A stretch of 64,000 nt of DNA from the IMG/VR virus record IMGVR_UViG_3300002220_000233. One strand, 5' to 3'. The position numbers and the translations under genes were made by a program. The stretch comes from a virus. Under the pieces are notes generated by a model that was not told the origin of the DNA, did no database searches, and was given only the letters and a program-made list of their open reading frames with translations. This document shows positions 46,820 through 55,790 of this stretch, piece after piece (positions within the stretch are counted from its first letter, which is position 1; every line of letters starts with the position of its first letter).

Positions 46820-47383
46820 ATGAGCAGAATCGAAGGAAGAGAAAAAGCGGAACTGGGTGGTGGATTTCAGGTAATTTCGGATGGTTGGCATCAGTGCGCT
46901 GTTGGCGAAGGGATCGACCTCATGAAGAATAAAGAGGGAGAGCTGGTCGTCAGCAAGTTCGGCGGATGGAACCGACTCGTTATTCCTATTGTTGTTTCTG
47001 AAGAGGGGGAAGAGGACGGCAGACAAAACCAGATCGTCCTGAATTACAAAGACCCCAAGGATGAACAGAAGCTGGCCGACATCATCGCTTCATGCGGGAT
47101 GTGGAACAAGTTTGTGGAAAACTTCAACCTTGAAAGCACCACGCTCTGGGACGACGGGCCGTTTACGGCGTTCAAGACTAAGATCCAGGGCAAGTTCCTC
47201 GACGTACTGTTTAAGTCGAAGGAGGGTAAGGATAAGGACGGCCATCCCACCGTGTATGTTAACCCGACGATTATCAAGAAGGTAGGGTTGCCACGAACGG
47301 AAGACGTGCCCGCGGCATCAAAAACAAAGAGCAAGGATGCTGCCCCCACGGAAGCTCCGAAACAGAAAGCGACTGAGTGGTAG
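46820..47383 (+). CDS. Putative ssDNA-binding protein (DUF669-like)
   Basis: GFQVISDGWH; flexible tail ending in W; follows the Sak4-like gene. Confidence 0.6.
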   Translation: MSRIEGREKAELGGGFQVISDGWHQCAVGEGIDLMKNKEGELVVSKFGGWNRLVIPIVVSEEGEEDGRQNQIVLNYKDPKDEQKLADIIASCGMWNKFVENFNLESTTLWDDGPFTAFKTKIQGKFLDVLFKSKEGKDKDGHPTVYVNPTIIKKVGLPRTEDVPAASKTKSKDAAPTEAPKQKATEW

Positions 47384-47390
47384 CTTGCAG

Positions 47391-47427
47391 CGGGAGGTTG
47401 GGGACGGCCCCTTCCTCCCGTTTTTTT
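47391..47427 (+). terminator. Rho-independent terminator
   Basis: CGGGAGG...CCTCCCG followed by T7. Confidence 0.75.
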
Positions 47428-47438
47428 GGAGGAACAAA

Positions 47439-47975
47439 ATGGGAAGAATCACACCACGGGAAGGGAATGTTTCACTGAGGGGAAGGCGATCAGCCCCAAA
47501 GCCATTCAAGGGAGAGTTCAAGCCGCACGCTTTTCCGGATGGTTTTGTCCTTATTATAGACACTAGGGAGCAGGACCTGTTGTTTGACAAAATGCCCAAG
47601 GGGTTGACGGTGAAACGCGATAAACTTGACGATGGGGATTATAGTATTGTCGGGTTTGAGGGCACGTTCGCGATAGAGCGCAAGAAGATCAGCGATTTCC
47701 TTGGGTATATCACTCACGAAAGGGAAAAGACAATAACAAAAATGAAGAGGCTGGCGAAAATGGATTTCGCTGCGCTGGTCATTGAGGTAGACGAGGACGA
47801 ATTGTACTTTGGCAGTTCATATTCGCAAGTCGGCGCGGAAGTAATTCGGGCAGCGCTGGTAAGCTTCCAGGTACGGTATGGCGTCCATATCTACATGAGT
47901 AACGACAGGGGGAAAATTGAAAGATGGATTCTCGATTGGGCAATAAAATACCATAATGTCAAGAAGGAGGCATAG
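47439..47975 (+). CDS. ERCC4/XPF-domain nuclease (resolvase-like)
   Basis: IIDTREQ..LDDGDYSI..IERKKISDF. Confidence 0.85.
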   Translation: MGRITPREGNVSLRGRRSAPKPFKGEFKPHAFPDGFVLIIDTREQDLLFDKMPKGLTVKRDKLDDGDYSIVGFEGTFAIERKKISDFLGYITHEREKTITKMKRLAKMDFAALVIEVDEDELYFGSSYSQVGAEVIRAALVSFQVRYGVHIYMSNDRGKIERWILDWAIKYHNVKKEA

Positions 47976-47977
47976 CT

Positions 47978-48613
47978 ATGGCAAGAATAACACCAAAAGA
48001 CCGCGGGGATGTCCTCGACAGCGAAGTAGCCATAAAGGATAACGTTGACGAGAAGCGGTGGTTTGAAAAAATCAACTACGACGAATTGGCCATACCATAC
48101 ATAATAAGGCCGCAGCGGGGAACCAGAAGGATAAACTTTACAGGCGGGTTGTCGCTTTACGATAAGGCGCTTGAGATCAAGGAATCAGCCCCGCACAAGT
48201 ACAAGCACACTGGTGATGTCGACAGAAATGCACACTATATCGGGATATACATGTTGTGGCAACGTGACGTTGTGGCCATGAAAGGAAGGAAGTGTGTAGA
48301 CAAGGCCAGGAACGCGTCAGATTCATTCATGCGTATGGCAGATGAGCGGCAGGCTTACAGAGATATGGTGAGCGCATTGTTTGACAGGCTGCACATCGGG
48401 ACACTTGACGAAGAGGAGTTAGCCAAGGGAGTTTACTCCATCATGGAGGCGATCGAAGGCGAAGAAAAGAAGGAATGGTTCATCAAAATGATCGAAAAAA
48501 TGTACAACGACACCGACACATTTTCACGTGGAGACAAAAAAATCAAGATGCGACTGAAAAGGGCCAAGGCGAAAGCCGCTGGTCTGAGTGTAATAACAAA
48601 CGAAGAAAACTAG
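47978..48613 (+). CDS. Hypothetical protein, possible ribbon-helix-helix DNA-binding region
   Basis: RRINFT strand, helix, then TGDVDRNA helix pattern. Confidence 0.55.
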   Translation: MARITPKDRGDVLDSEVAIKDNVDEKRWFEKINYDELAIPYIIRPQRGTRRINFTGGLSLYDKALEIKESAPHKYKHTGDVDRNAHYIGIYMLWQRDVVAMKGRKCVDKARNASDSFMRMADERQAYRDMVSALFDRLHIGTLDEEELAKGVYSIMEAIEGEEKKEWFIKMIEKMYNDTDTFSRGDKKIKMRLKRAKAKAAGLSVITNEEN

Positions 48614-48619
48614 GAACAG

Positions 48620-48827
48620 GTGTGTAAGTGTGTAAGCGTGCGAGTGTGTTGATGTGTAAATGTGTAAGGGTGTAACTGTGATTGTGTGTGGAAATGCGAA
48701 AGTGTGTACGTGATTGTGTGTGGAAGTGTAAGAATGTAGCTGTGATCCAGTGTAAAAGTGTAAGAATGCGATTGTGATTGTGTGTGGAAGTGTGAAAATG
48801 ATTGCGTGTGTAAGTGTAAATATGGTC
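48620..48827 (+). repeat. Array of 26 degenerate octamers (nnRTGnnn) in strict 8-bp phase
   Basis: Read directly; includes GTGATTGTGTGTGGAA three times. Confidence 0.85.
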
Positions 48828-48984
48828 AAAATGGCTGTTTTTGTGTTTTGTGCACGCGTGTACGTTGTGCCCTTATATGAAAGTGTGTATGTGTGTATGC
48901 GTGTTTCTGTGTATGCTGTAATTTTTGGTTACAGCAAACACTATATAATATAATTGTAATTGTAATTAGGAGAAAGAGACGGAA

Positions 48985-50568
48985 ATGGAAGAATACTCCA
49001 GGCTGAAAGACCGGTTCAGCAAGTTTGCAAACTCTGCCTTCAGGCAGTGCCAGCAGGAAGCGATCAGCGCCGCGGTCAAATGCAGGAAGAAGTATTGCGT
49101 TTCAGAGTTGCCTACCGGCGGGGGCAAGAGTCTGATCGGGATGACTACCGGAGCCGCCACAGGAGACACCACGTACCTGGTGCACTCCAAGGCGCTTCAG
49201 GTTCAGCTGGGGGGAGACTTTGCGGAGGCGCCCATCCTTTGGGGTAGGGGAAACTACCAATGCATCAGAGAGGGCGTAAACGAAGGCACAATGGCAGATG
49301 CGTGCAGCAACACGAAAAAGAACCGGTGTGATGAAAAGGAAGACTGCCCTTACGTAATCGCAAAGAGGATAGGCAAAGAAAGCCGGATCCGGATCCTGAA
49401 CTACGATTACTTTATTACCGAAGCGAACAATGTGGGCGTTTTCAGCAGGGTACAAAGCGCAAACAAGAACGACATTGTAATTGTTGACGAGGCTGATGCG
49501 CTTGAGTCATTGTTAAGTGGTTATATTAACATAGAAATCAGCGAGCGGCTTATCAACAGGTACAATATTTCAAGGCCAAGGTTTAAGACAAAGGAAGCCA
49601 AGGATGGCGTAAGTAGTTGGAAAGCTTGGGGATATGAAATGATTGAAAGGATGGCCAAGCTCTTGAAGCTCCTTGCCGCCGACATAGAAGCCTTCCCCAT
49701 TAACCTTTCCAACGCGCAAAAGGCTATCCTCAGGTCACACGAACAGGTCGGGGGCCTGCTGAAAAAGCTTAAAATGTTCGTAGAGTGCGTTGATGAAACG
49801 TGGCTGTATGACGAGGACAACAAAGGCATAAGGTTCAGGCCCACCTGGATAACGGGGCCGATGGCCAACAGCGTACTATGGGAACATGGCGACAAGTTCC
49901 TGCTGATGAGCGCAACGTTCCACAAGCCGCACATACTAGCCAAGCTGCTCGGAATAGGACTGAAGGACATCGAGTTCCACACGTATCCGAGCACGTTCCC
50001 GGAAAGCAGCAGAAGGGTGGTTATCAGGCCGGTGGCGGAAATGGTCTATGACAAAATGGCTGAGGAAATTCCGAAAGCCATCAACGAGGTGAAGAATATA
50101 CTGGCAACGCACAAGAACGAAAAAGGGCTGGTGCATTGTGTCAGTTATGCGCTGAGGGATGCAATTATGGAGATAGGAGACCCCCGGCTCATGACACATG
50201 GCCCCGGCGATAAGCTTGACGTTATCGATATCTTCAAGGCCAGCAGGCACCCCATGGTGCTGGTTTCCCCATCAAGCGACAGGGGCATCAGTCTCGACGA
50301 TGATCTGTGCAGGTTCATTGTATGGGTAAAAGCGCCATACCTTAACCTGAAGGACAAGCTGGTCAATGCAAGATTGTACTCGTCCGGGAGGCTGGGACAG
50401 GAATGGTATACCAGCTCTATGTTATTGTCTGTTGTGCAGGGGTGTGGAAGGGGGACCAGGAGCAAAGACGACTGGTGCGTAAGCTATCTGCTGGACAGGA
50501 AGATCACGGACGCCATAGGCAAGTACCCCAACCTGGTGCCCGGATGGTTCCTGGATGCCTGTTGGTAG
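48985..50568 (+). CDS. DinG/XPD-family SF2 helicase
   Basis: Q motif, PTGGGKS, GRGNYQC Fe-S Cys, VDEAD, MSAT, VQGCGRGTRSKDD. Confidence 0.88.
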   Translation: MEEYSRLKDRFSKFANSAFRQCQQEAISAAVKCRKKYCVSELPTGGGKSLIGMTTGAATGDTTYLVHSKALQVQLGGDFAEAPILWGRGNYQCIREGVNEGTMADACSNTKKNRCDEKEDCPYVIAKRIGKESRIRILNYDYFITEANNVGVFSRVQSANKNDIVIVDEADALESLLSGYINIEISERLINRYNISRPRFKTKEAKDGVSSWKAWGYEMIERMAKLLKLLAADIEAFPINLSNAQKAILRSHEQVGGLLKKLKMFVECVDETWLYDEDNKGIRFRPTWITGPMANSVLWEHGDKFLLMSATFHKPHILAKLLGIGLKDIEFHTYPSTFPESSRRVVIRPVAEMVYDKMAEEIPKAINEVKNILATHKNEKGLVHCVSYALRDAIMEIGDPRLMTHGPGDKLDVIDIFKASRHPMVLVSPSSDRGISLDDDLCRFIVWVKAPYLNLKDKLVNARLYSSGRLGQEWYTSSMLLSVVQGCGRGTRSKDDWCVSYLLDRKITDAIGKYPNLVPGWFLDACW

Positions 50569-50583
50569 GCGGGAGGTTATTAC

Positions 50584-50619
50584 GTAATCACCTAATAGTA
50601 ATAGGTAATCACCTGATGG
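50584..50619 (+). repeat. GTAATCACCT repeat cluster (2 copies)
   Basis: 31 bp (50584-50614) identical to 54720-54750. Confidence 0.85.
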
Positions 50620-50636
50620 AATAGAAAGGGGGAGCG

Positions 50637-50912
50637 ATGGGAAGCCTGGATAGTGTAAACAGGGCGACGCTGCCGGGGTTTGTCAGGTACTACAGGGCGC
50701 GGCCGTATCATTTTGCGGACCTGTTCGGTACGGGCAACACGGTGGTGAATGTCGAGGCGGCGTGGAAAACGTTTCAGGACATGGACTGGGTGGTAGCGGC
50801 CAGGGTGTCGCCACATTGTCAGTGTGAGCTGTGCGCGATGCATAAGAGATACCAGAAGCGGCCCGGGAGCAGGAAGGACGGGGTTAAGAAAAGGGAGAAG
50901 AAACATGTTTGA
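50637..50912 (+). CDS. Hypothetical protein
   Basis: GGAG RBS; CQCELC. Confidence 0.55.
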   Translation: MGSLDSVNRATLPGFVRYYRARPYHFADLFGTGNTVVNVEAAWKTFQDMDWVVAARVSPHCQCELCAMHKRYQKRPGSRKDGVKKREKKHV

Positions 50913-53631
50913 TAAGGTGGAGTTTGTCTTCAAGGGAGGCGGAGAAACCGGGTATGCGCACCATGCGAGATCGTTCTGGGGAGAGCTGCAGAAGCTGGTG
51001 CCGCAGAAGGAAGAGGGGAGCAGGTGCACGATAGTGCTCGGGACAGTGAACGACCCGGTGTTTTACCAGTGGTATGACGGGGTGAAGATTGCGTATAACG
51101 TGTGGGAAAGCAGCGAGTATCCGGAAGAGTTCTTCCGACAGCTGCTCACGTTTGACCAGCTGTGGGTGCCGTCCACGTGGCAGCGGGATTGCGCGGTGAA
51201 GCAGGGATATCCAAAACACCGGGTAAAGGTTGTGCCGGAGGGCGTGGACGGGGATACGTTCAAGCCGGTAAGGTGGGACAGGAAAAAGGTAAAGTTGCCA
51301 TTTAACTACATGATATTCGGACGGTGGGAGGACAGGAAGTCCACCACGGAAATGATCGAGATGTGGCGGGAGGTGATGAAGGGGAAGACGGACGTGCGGC
51401 TGCTGTTGTCGGTGGACAACGCATACCCGGTGGATAGATTCAAGAGTACACAAGAGAGGCTGGATGCGCTGATCGGGAAAGACGACAGGATCGTCAATTT
51501 GGGATTTGTACCGAGGAATGAGTATGTCAGGCTGATGCAGGAAGGGCACGTGTTCTTGTCATGTTCCAGGGCGGAAGGATGGAACCTGCCGCTGATGGAG
51601 GCGATCGCGTGTGGAACGGTGGCCATATACTCGTACTGCACCGCGCAAGTGGATTTTGCGAAGGGCACAGCGGCAATCCCGGTAAGGGCGGATAAATTCA
51701 AGAAGCCAAGCAGGGTGTACGGGATGAAGGATTGCCCAGGAGTGTGGGCCGAGCCGGACTGGGTCAACCTGATGTATGCCATAAGGGGCGCATACAGTGA
51801 CTATAACAAGTACAAGGCGGCTGCCATGGATGCCAGCGGGAAGTTCCGGAAGAAGTGGAGCTGGATGAACGCTGCGAAGAAAGCGCACAAGGAACTGGTA
51901 AAGTTGTCCAGAGAGCCGCGGATCGAGAGGCAGCCGGACCCGCCGTCTTTCTTCGTGCATTTCCACGAGGGGGCGTTCCTGGAGGTGAAGGGCGGGGAAG
52001 GAGAGTACAGGGCCTCGTTTGTGGATATGGACACCGGCAGGGAGGAGTATGCCATCAGCCTCAAGCCGCGCACCTGGGCAAAGGTGGGAAAGACCGGGGA
52101 AAAGTACATTGGCCCGGCATACTACAAGAACTGGATGGTGCAGGTAAGGAAGGGGAAGAACCTGGTACACGAGCACAGATACAATGCCGCCGGAAAGAAC
52201 GTGCTGGTGGGGCTGAACAGCACGTCGCTGGGAGACACATTGGCGTGGGTGCCGTATTGCGAAGAGTTCAGGGTAAAGCACAAATGCAGGATGTTTGTAT
52301 CCGGATGGAACCTTGACATAGTGAAGGGCGCGTATCCGGAGATAGAGTTCATCAAGCCGGGCACGGTGGTGGAAGAGCTGTACGCACGGTACGAGGTGGG
52401 GGTGTTCTTCGCGGACAGGAACTGCAGGCAGCCGAGGGACTGGAGAACAGTGCCGTTACAGCGGGTGGCAAGCGACATCCTGGGGCTGGAGTACAGGGAA
52501 ATCAGGCCAAGGGTTGACACCAGCAATGCGTATATCAGCGGCGTGAAACGGCCGAAGAAGTATGTGTGTATCTCGGAGCACTCCACGGCGATGTGCAAGT
52601 ACTGGCACAATCCGGCCGGGTGGCAGGTCCTGGTAGACGAGCTGAACCGCATGGGGTATAATGTGGTGGGGATCAGCAAGGAGCAGTCCGGGCTGCAGAA
52701 TATCATCAATGCGCATGGGAACCACATCGACGTCACCATGGGGTTGCTGATGGGGTGCGAGGCGTTCATAGGACTGGCGTCAGGTCTGGCATGGCTGGCG
52801 TGGGCGCTGGGAAAGCCGGTGGTGATGATATCGGGGTTCTCGGATCCGTTCGTGGAGTTCCGGGGAGGGAATGTGCGGATTGCCGGGGTTGGAGACTGTA
52901 TCGCGTGCCTGAACGATCCACTGATACACGATCGGGCGTGGGACGAGGGCTGCTTCCACCATATGGATTTTTCGTGCACGAGAGGGATCACGCCGCAGAT
53001 GGTGCTGGACAGACTGCCGATAAAGCCGGGGAAGAACGTGCTGGACTTCACCTCCGCGCCGATACTGAGGCATTCCAGACGGCAGGGGAGTTTCAAGACG
53101 TTCCTGCACGAGCTGGACAAGATATCGGACCCGAACATCGTGGAAATCGGAACGGTAAGAAGGGTCCCGGGCGATCCGGATCTGCCCGGCGACGGGAATT
53201 CGACATGCGTATTTGCGTGGTACGTGAAGAACTACGGCGGAAGGCTTGACGCCGTGGATGTGTCGGAGGAAAGCGTGAAGAACTGCATGGCGTCGCTGGC
53301 GGAAGCGAACTTGCTGACACAGGGGATCACGGTACACCTTGAGGACGGGATAGCGTTCCTGGGCCAGTACGGGGAAAGGATACATGGATTGTACATTGAC
53401 GGATACGACTGGGGTCCCGGGGAAGAGGAAAGGCGGGAATCGGAAGCGTGGCACCTGAAAGCGTTCAAGGCGGCGGAAAACCTGCTTGGAGCCGGTTCGC
53501 TGGTCATGTTTGATGACGTGATGGACGCCGGATACACGGGCAAGGGGAAGCTGGTCATCCCGCACATGCTGGAGAGCGGGGAGTACGAGAAGATTTACCA
53601 TGGGTACCAGGTAATACTGAGGAGGAAGTGA
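50905..53631 (+). CDS. Tri-domain enzyme: GT4 glycosyltransferase + Aah/TibC-like O-heptosyltransferase + class I SAM methyltransferase
   Basis: SRAEGWNLPLMEAIACG; SLGDTLAWVPY, KYWHNPAGW, FIGLASGLAWLAWA, CIAC..C..CT.GI; IVEIGT, LYIDGYD, FDD. Confidence 0.85.
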   Translation: MFDKVEFVFKGGGETGYAHHARSFWGELQKLVPQKEEGSRCTIVLGTVNDPVFYQWYDGVKIAYNVWESSEYPEEFFRQLLTFDQLWVPSTWQRDCAVKQGYPKHRVKVVPEGVDGDTFKPVRWDRKKVKLPFNYMIFGRWEDRKSTTEMIEMWREVMKGKTDVRLLLSVDNAYPVDRFKSTQERLDALIGKDDRIVNLGFVPRNEYVRLMQEGHVFLSCSRAEGWNLPLMEAIACGTVAIYSYCTAQVDFAKGTAAIPVRADKFKKPSRVYGMKDCPGVWAEPDWVNLMYAIRGAYSDYNKYKAAAMDASGKFRKKWSWMNAAKKAHKELVKLSREPRIERQPDPPSFFVHFHEGAFLEVKGGEGEYRASFVDMDTGREEYAISLKPRTWAKVGKTGEKYIGPAYYKNWMVQVRKGKNLVHEHRYNAAGKNVLVGLNSTSLGDTLAWVPYCEEFRVKHKCRMFVSGWNLDIVKGAYPEIEFIKPGTVVEELYARYEVGVFFADRNCRQPRDWRTVPLQRVASDILGLEYREIRPRVDTSNAYISGVKRPKKYVCISEHSTAMCKYWHNPAGWQVLVDELNRMGYNVVGISKEQSGLQNIINAHGNHIDVTMGLLMGCEAFIGLASGLAWLAWALGKPVVMISGFSDPFVEFRGGNVRIAGVGDCIACLNDPLIHDRAWDEGCFHHMDFSCTRGITPQMVLDRLPIKPGKNVLDFTSAPILRHSRRQGSFKTFLHELDKISDPNIVEIGTVRRVPGDPDLPGDGNSTCVFAWYVKNYGGRLDAVDVSEESVKNCMASLAEANLLTQGITVHLEDGIAFLGQYGERIHGLYIDGYDWGPGEEERRESEAWHLKAFKAAENLLGAGSLVMFDDVMDAGYTGKGKLVIPHMLESGEYEKIYHGYQVILRRK

Positions 53632-53771
53632 TGAAGAAGCTCTGCGACTGGGTGGACATGACGCTGACGCCAGATATTCTGGGGCTCGTGCTTGCCGCGG
53701 CGTTCGTGGGGATACTTGTGATGGTCATTGTCAATATGGGGGGAAGATGGAAACAGCGCCTGGGGGATTGA
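53631..53771 (+). CDS. Small single-TM protein (46 aa)
   Basis: TGATG coupling on both sides; hydrophobic core. Confidence 0.45.
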   Translation: MKKLCDWVDMTLTPDILGLVLAAAFVGILVMVIVNMGGRWKQRLGD

Positions 53772-54421
53772 TGAGCATCGAGGGGGACAGGTTCAGGGAA
53801 AGCGTTACAAGGGTGATCCTGGAGAAGAAACCGAAGGCCATCATCGAGACCGGCACGTACCTTGGCGCCGGGTCGACAATGGTGGCGGCAAAGGCATTGG
53901 CGGGGCTGAAACGTGAATACAGGATGTATACCATCGAGGCAAACCCAGCATTCGCAGCCGTGGCGGAGAGAAACCTGAGGGAGTTTAGCAGCGTCGTGGT
54001 GCTCAGGGGGATGTCGCTGCCGAAGGCAATGCTTCCGGATGAGGAAAAGCTGCGGTCATGGCTGGAGCTCATGGCGAACGAGGACGTGTATGTTGATTTT
54101 GAAGAGCATGAACGGGTACAGTGTTACTTGCAGGAATGCAGGTGGAACGTGCCGGACGACATGCTGCGCATTTGCATGAAGGTGTTCGGGTACAGGGCGG
54201 ATATGTTCATTCTGGACAGCGCCGGGCACCTGGGCTGGGAAGAGTTCAACCATATCATCTCCCTGCAGGAGGGCCCGTGCGTGTTTGTGCTGGACGATAC
54301 CCTGCACGTTAAGCATTTCCGCTCACTGAGGACCATCAAATCAGACAGGAGGTTTGCCGTCATTGAAGAATCAGAAGAAAAGTTTGGATTCTGCATCGCG
54401 GAATACAACCCGGAAGGGTAG
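53771..54421 (+). CDS. Class I SAM-methyltransferase-like protein (alternative start 53747)
   Basis: IIETGTYLGAGST; TIEAN; LDS; LDD. Confidence 0.7.
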   Translation: MSIEGDRFRESVTRVILEKKPKAIIETGTYLGAGSTMVAAKALAGLKREYRMYTIEANPAFAAVAERNLREFSSVVVLRGMSLPKAMLPDEEKLRSWLELMANEDVYVDFEEHERVQCYLQECRWNVPDDMLRICMKVFGYRADMFILDSAGHLGWEEFNHIISLQEGPCVFVLDDTLHVKHFRSLRTIKSDRRFAVIEESEEKFGFCIAEYNPEG

Positions 54422-54719
54422 GGTTGAGGGAAGGGGGACCGTCCCCAGGACGAGAGTACCCCGTGTTACCCCCCCTATACCCCAAAAAGTGGCATCCCAG
54501 CGTATTGATGTCATCGAGACGGCTCCAGCATCGAGCGGGAAGACAAAGTTGCTCAAATACCTCCATGGGGGGCGTCTGAGCCGTGGGGAATCACTCGTTG
54601 CCAAGTGCTGTGAGTGTATGGGGTATTACGTGGACGGGAGGGAGTCGTGCGGGATCGTCACGTGTCCCCTGTATGCGTATATGCCATACCAGAAGCGCAG
54701 CGGTGGTAGTGGCGGGTAG
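54354..54719 (+). CDS. Cys-rich phage protein (true start probably downstream)
   Basis: AKCCECMG..DGR.SC....CPLY.YMPY. Confidence 0.55.
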   Translation: MPSLKNQKKSLDSASRNTTRKGRVEGRGTVPRTRVPRVTPPIPQKVASQRIDVIETAPASSGKTKLLKYLHGGRLSRGESLVAKCCECMGYYVDGRESCGIVTCPLYAYMPYQKRSGGSGG

Positions 54720-54786
54720 GTAATCACCTAATAGTAATAGGTAATCACCTAATAGGTAATCACCTGATGGTAATAGGTAATCACCT
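54718..54786 (+). repeat. AGGTAATCACCT imperfect-palindrome cluster (4 copies)
   Basis: Copies at 54718, 54739, 54754 and 54775. Confidence 0.9.
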
Positions 54787-54839
54787 GATGGTGATAGTGA
54801 TTGGATGGAATTGCAGGTCGGGAAGGGTAAGGAGGACAC

Positions 54840-55103
54840 ATGAAAAAGGCTGCAGCATCCCCGGTATTCACGGTCCGCCAGTGGATCAGGCTGGGCAAGC
54901 AGATCGGGGTACTGAGGACAGGGAAGAAGCGGAAGCGGATCGTCAGGGATGAAATCAGCGGAATATTGCCGGGCATGGACGTCATCATGCGTGCTCGCAA
55001 AGAGCTGCAGGAGGCGCCATTGTACCCGGAAGACGGCCCGCTGTTTCCGATGCCCCCGCTTCCAACCGGTGTTAACCTATACGCAAAGGAGGACAAGACA
55101 TGA
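54840..55103 (+). CDS. Hypothetical protein
   Basis: TAAGGAGG RBS. Confidence 0.55.
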   Translation: MKKAAASPVFTVRQWIRLGKQIGVLRTGKKRKRIVRDEISGILPGMDVIMRARKELQEAPLYPEDGPLFPMPPLPTGVNLYAKEDKT

Positions 55104-55327
55104 CCGCAGACGAATACACCGAACTTGAGATCAGGTTCACGTACCACCCGCCGTTCGGCACCCAGCCCGATCGGTACATTATGCTCCGGAAGCAAGCCAT
55201 GGCGCTCGCCGGGATGATCTATGACGAATGCCCGGACAGCCGGGAGCGGTCTCTGGCCATCACGAAGGTGGAGGAGGCTGTGTTCTGGGCCAATAGTGCG
55301 ATTGCACGAAGGGAGGGCAAGGCCTGA
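55100..55327 (+). CDS. Acb2/Tad1-hairpin-like protein, candidate immune-signal sponge
   Basis: FTYHPP...Q..RY..LR...CPDSRERSLAITKVEEAVFWANSAIAR. Confidence 0.7.
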   Translation: MTADEYTELEIRFTYHPPFGTQPDRYIMLRKQAMALAGMIYDECPDSRERSLAITKVEEAVFWANSAIARREGKA

Positions 55328-55328
55328 C

Positions 55329-55556
55329 ATGTTAATCGGACTGCACTGCGAACCACGGCAGGAGCTTAGGTTACTTCAAACACTGATGAAACGCTGCAGG
55401 CATTGCGGACACAATAATGACCTTTGCACCGCCTTAAGCAAAATACCGGTAGGACAATGCGTCATGCCCCTTTGCTTTATTTGCGGGAAGCCTCTATGGA
55501 AGACAATGAAGCCTGTCCTGCGGCTGGTTGATCAGGTTATTTTATCGGCAAGTTAA
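55329..55556 (+). CDS. Small zinc-ribbon protein
   Basis: CRHCG..CFICGKPL. Confidence 0.4.
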   Translation: MLIGLHCEPRQELRLLQTLMKRCRHCGHNNDLCTALSKIPVGQCVMPLCFICGKPLWKTMKPVLRLVDQVILSAS

Positions 55557-55700
55557 CTCTCGGACCCCAGTGTACGTTGCCCGTCCATTTTCACCTGCTC
55601 CCACGCCGGATGCGTGAATCCGGACACTCAGCCGTGTGCGGGCGGGAAGTCTCCTTTCGCTTGGGGGTTGACGGCTGACCCCACCTTTCAGGACCCTGCC

Positions 55701-55790
55701 TGTCAACCAATCCGTTCTGTTGACCAGCCTATTAACCAACTCACCGACCAATCCATCAACCAATCCATTCAACCAACCCATCAACCAGCC
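55701..55790 (+). repeat. Seven degenerate RACCA-core repeats, mostly 12-bp period
   Basis: ACCA at 55706, 55723, 55735, 55747, 55759, 55772 and 55784. Confidence 0.7.

Noticed and set aside
48524..48829. Minus-strand His/Thr-rich ORF
   Set aside because: Translation of the octamer array; an 8-bp period is not codon-based
44672..50568. Cas4-like nuclease + repeat array + DinG as a type IV CRISPR system
   Set aside because: The array has no repeat-spacer structure, no Cas5/6/7 genes are present, and the nuclease sits in an ordinary Sak4/SSB module
54718..54786. Mini-CRISPR array
   Set aside because: 12-bp repeats separated by only 3-9 bp; too short for repeats or spacers
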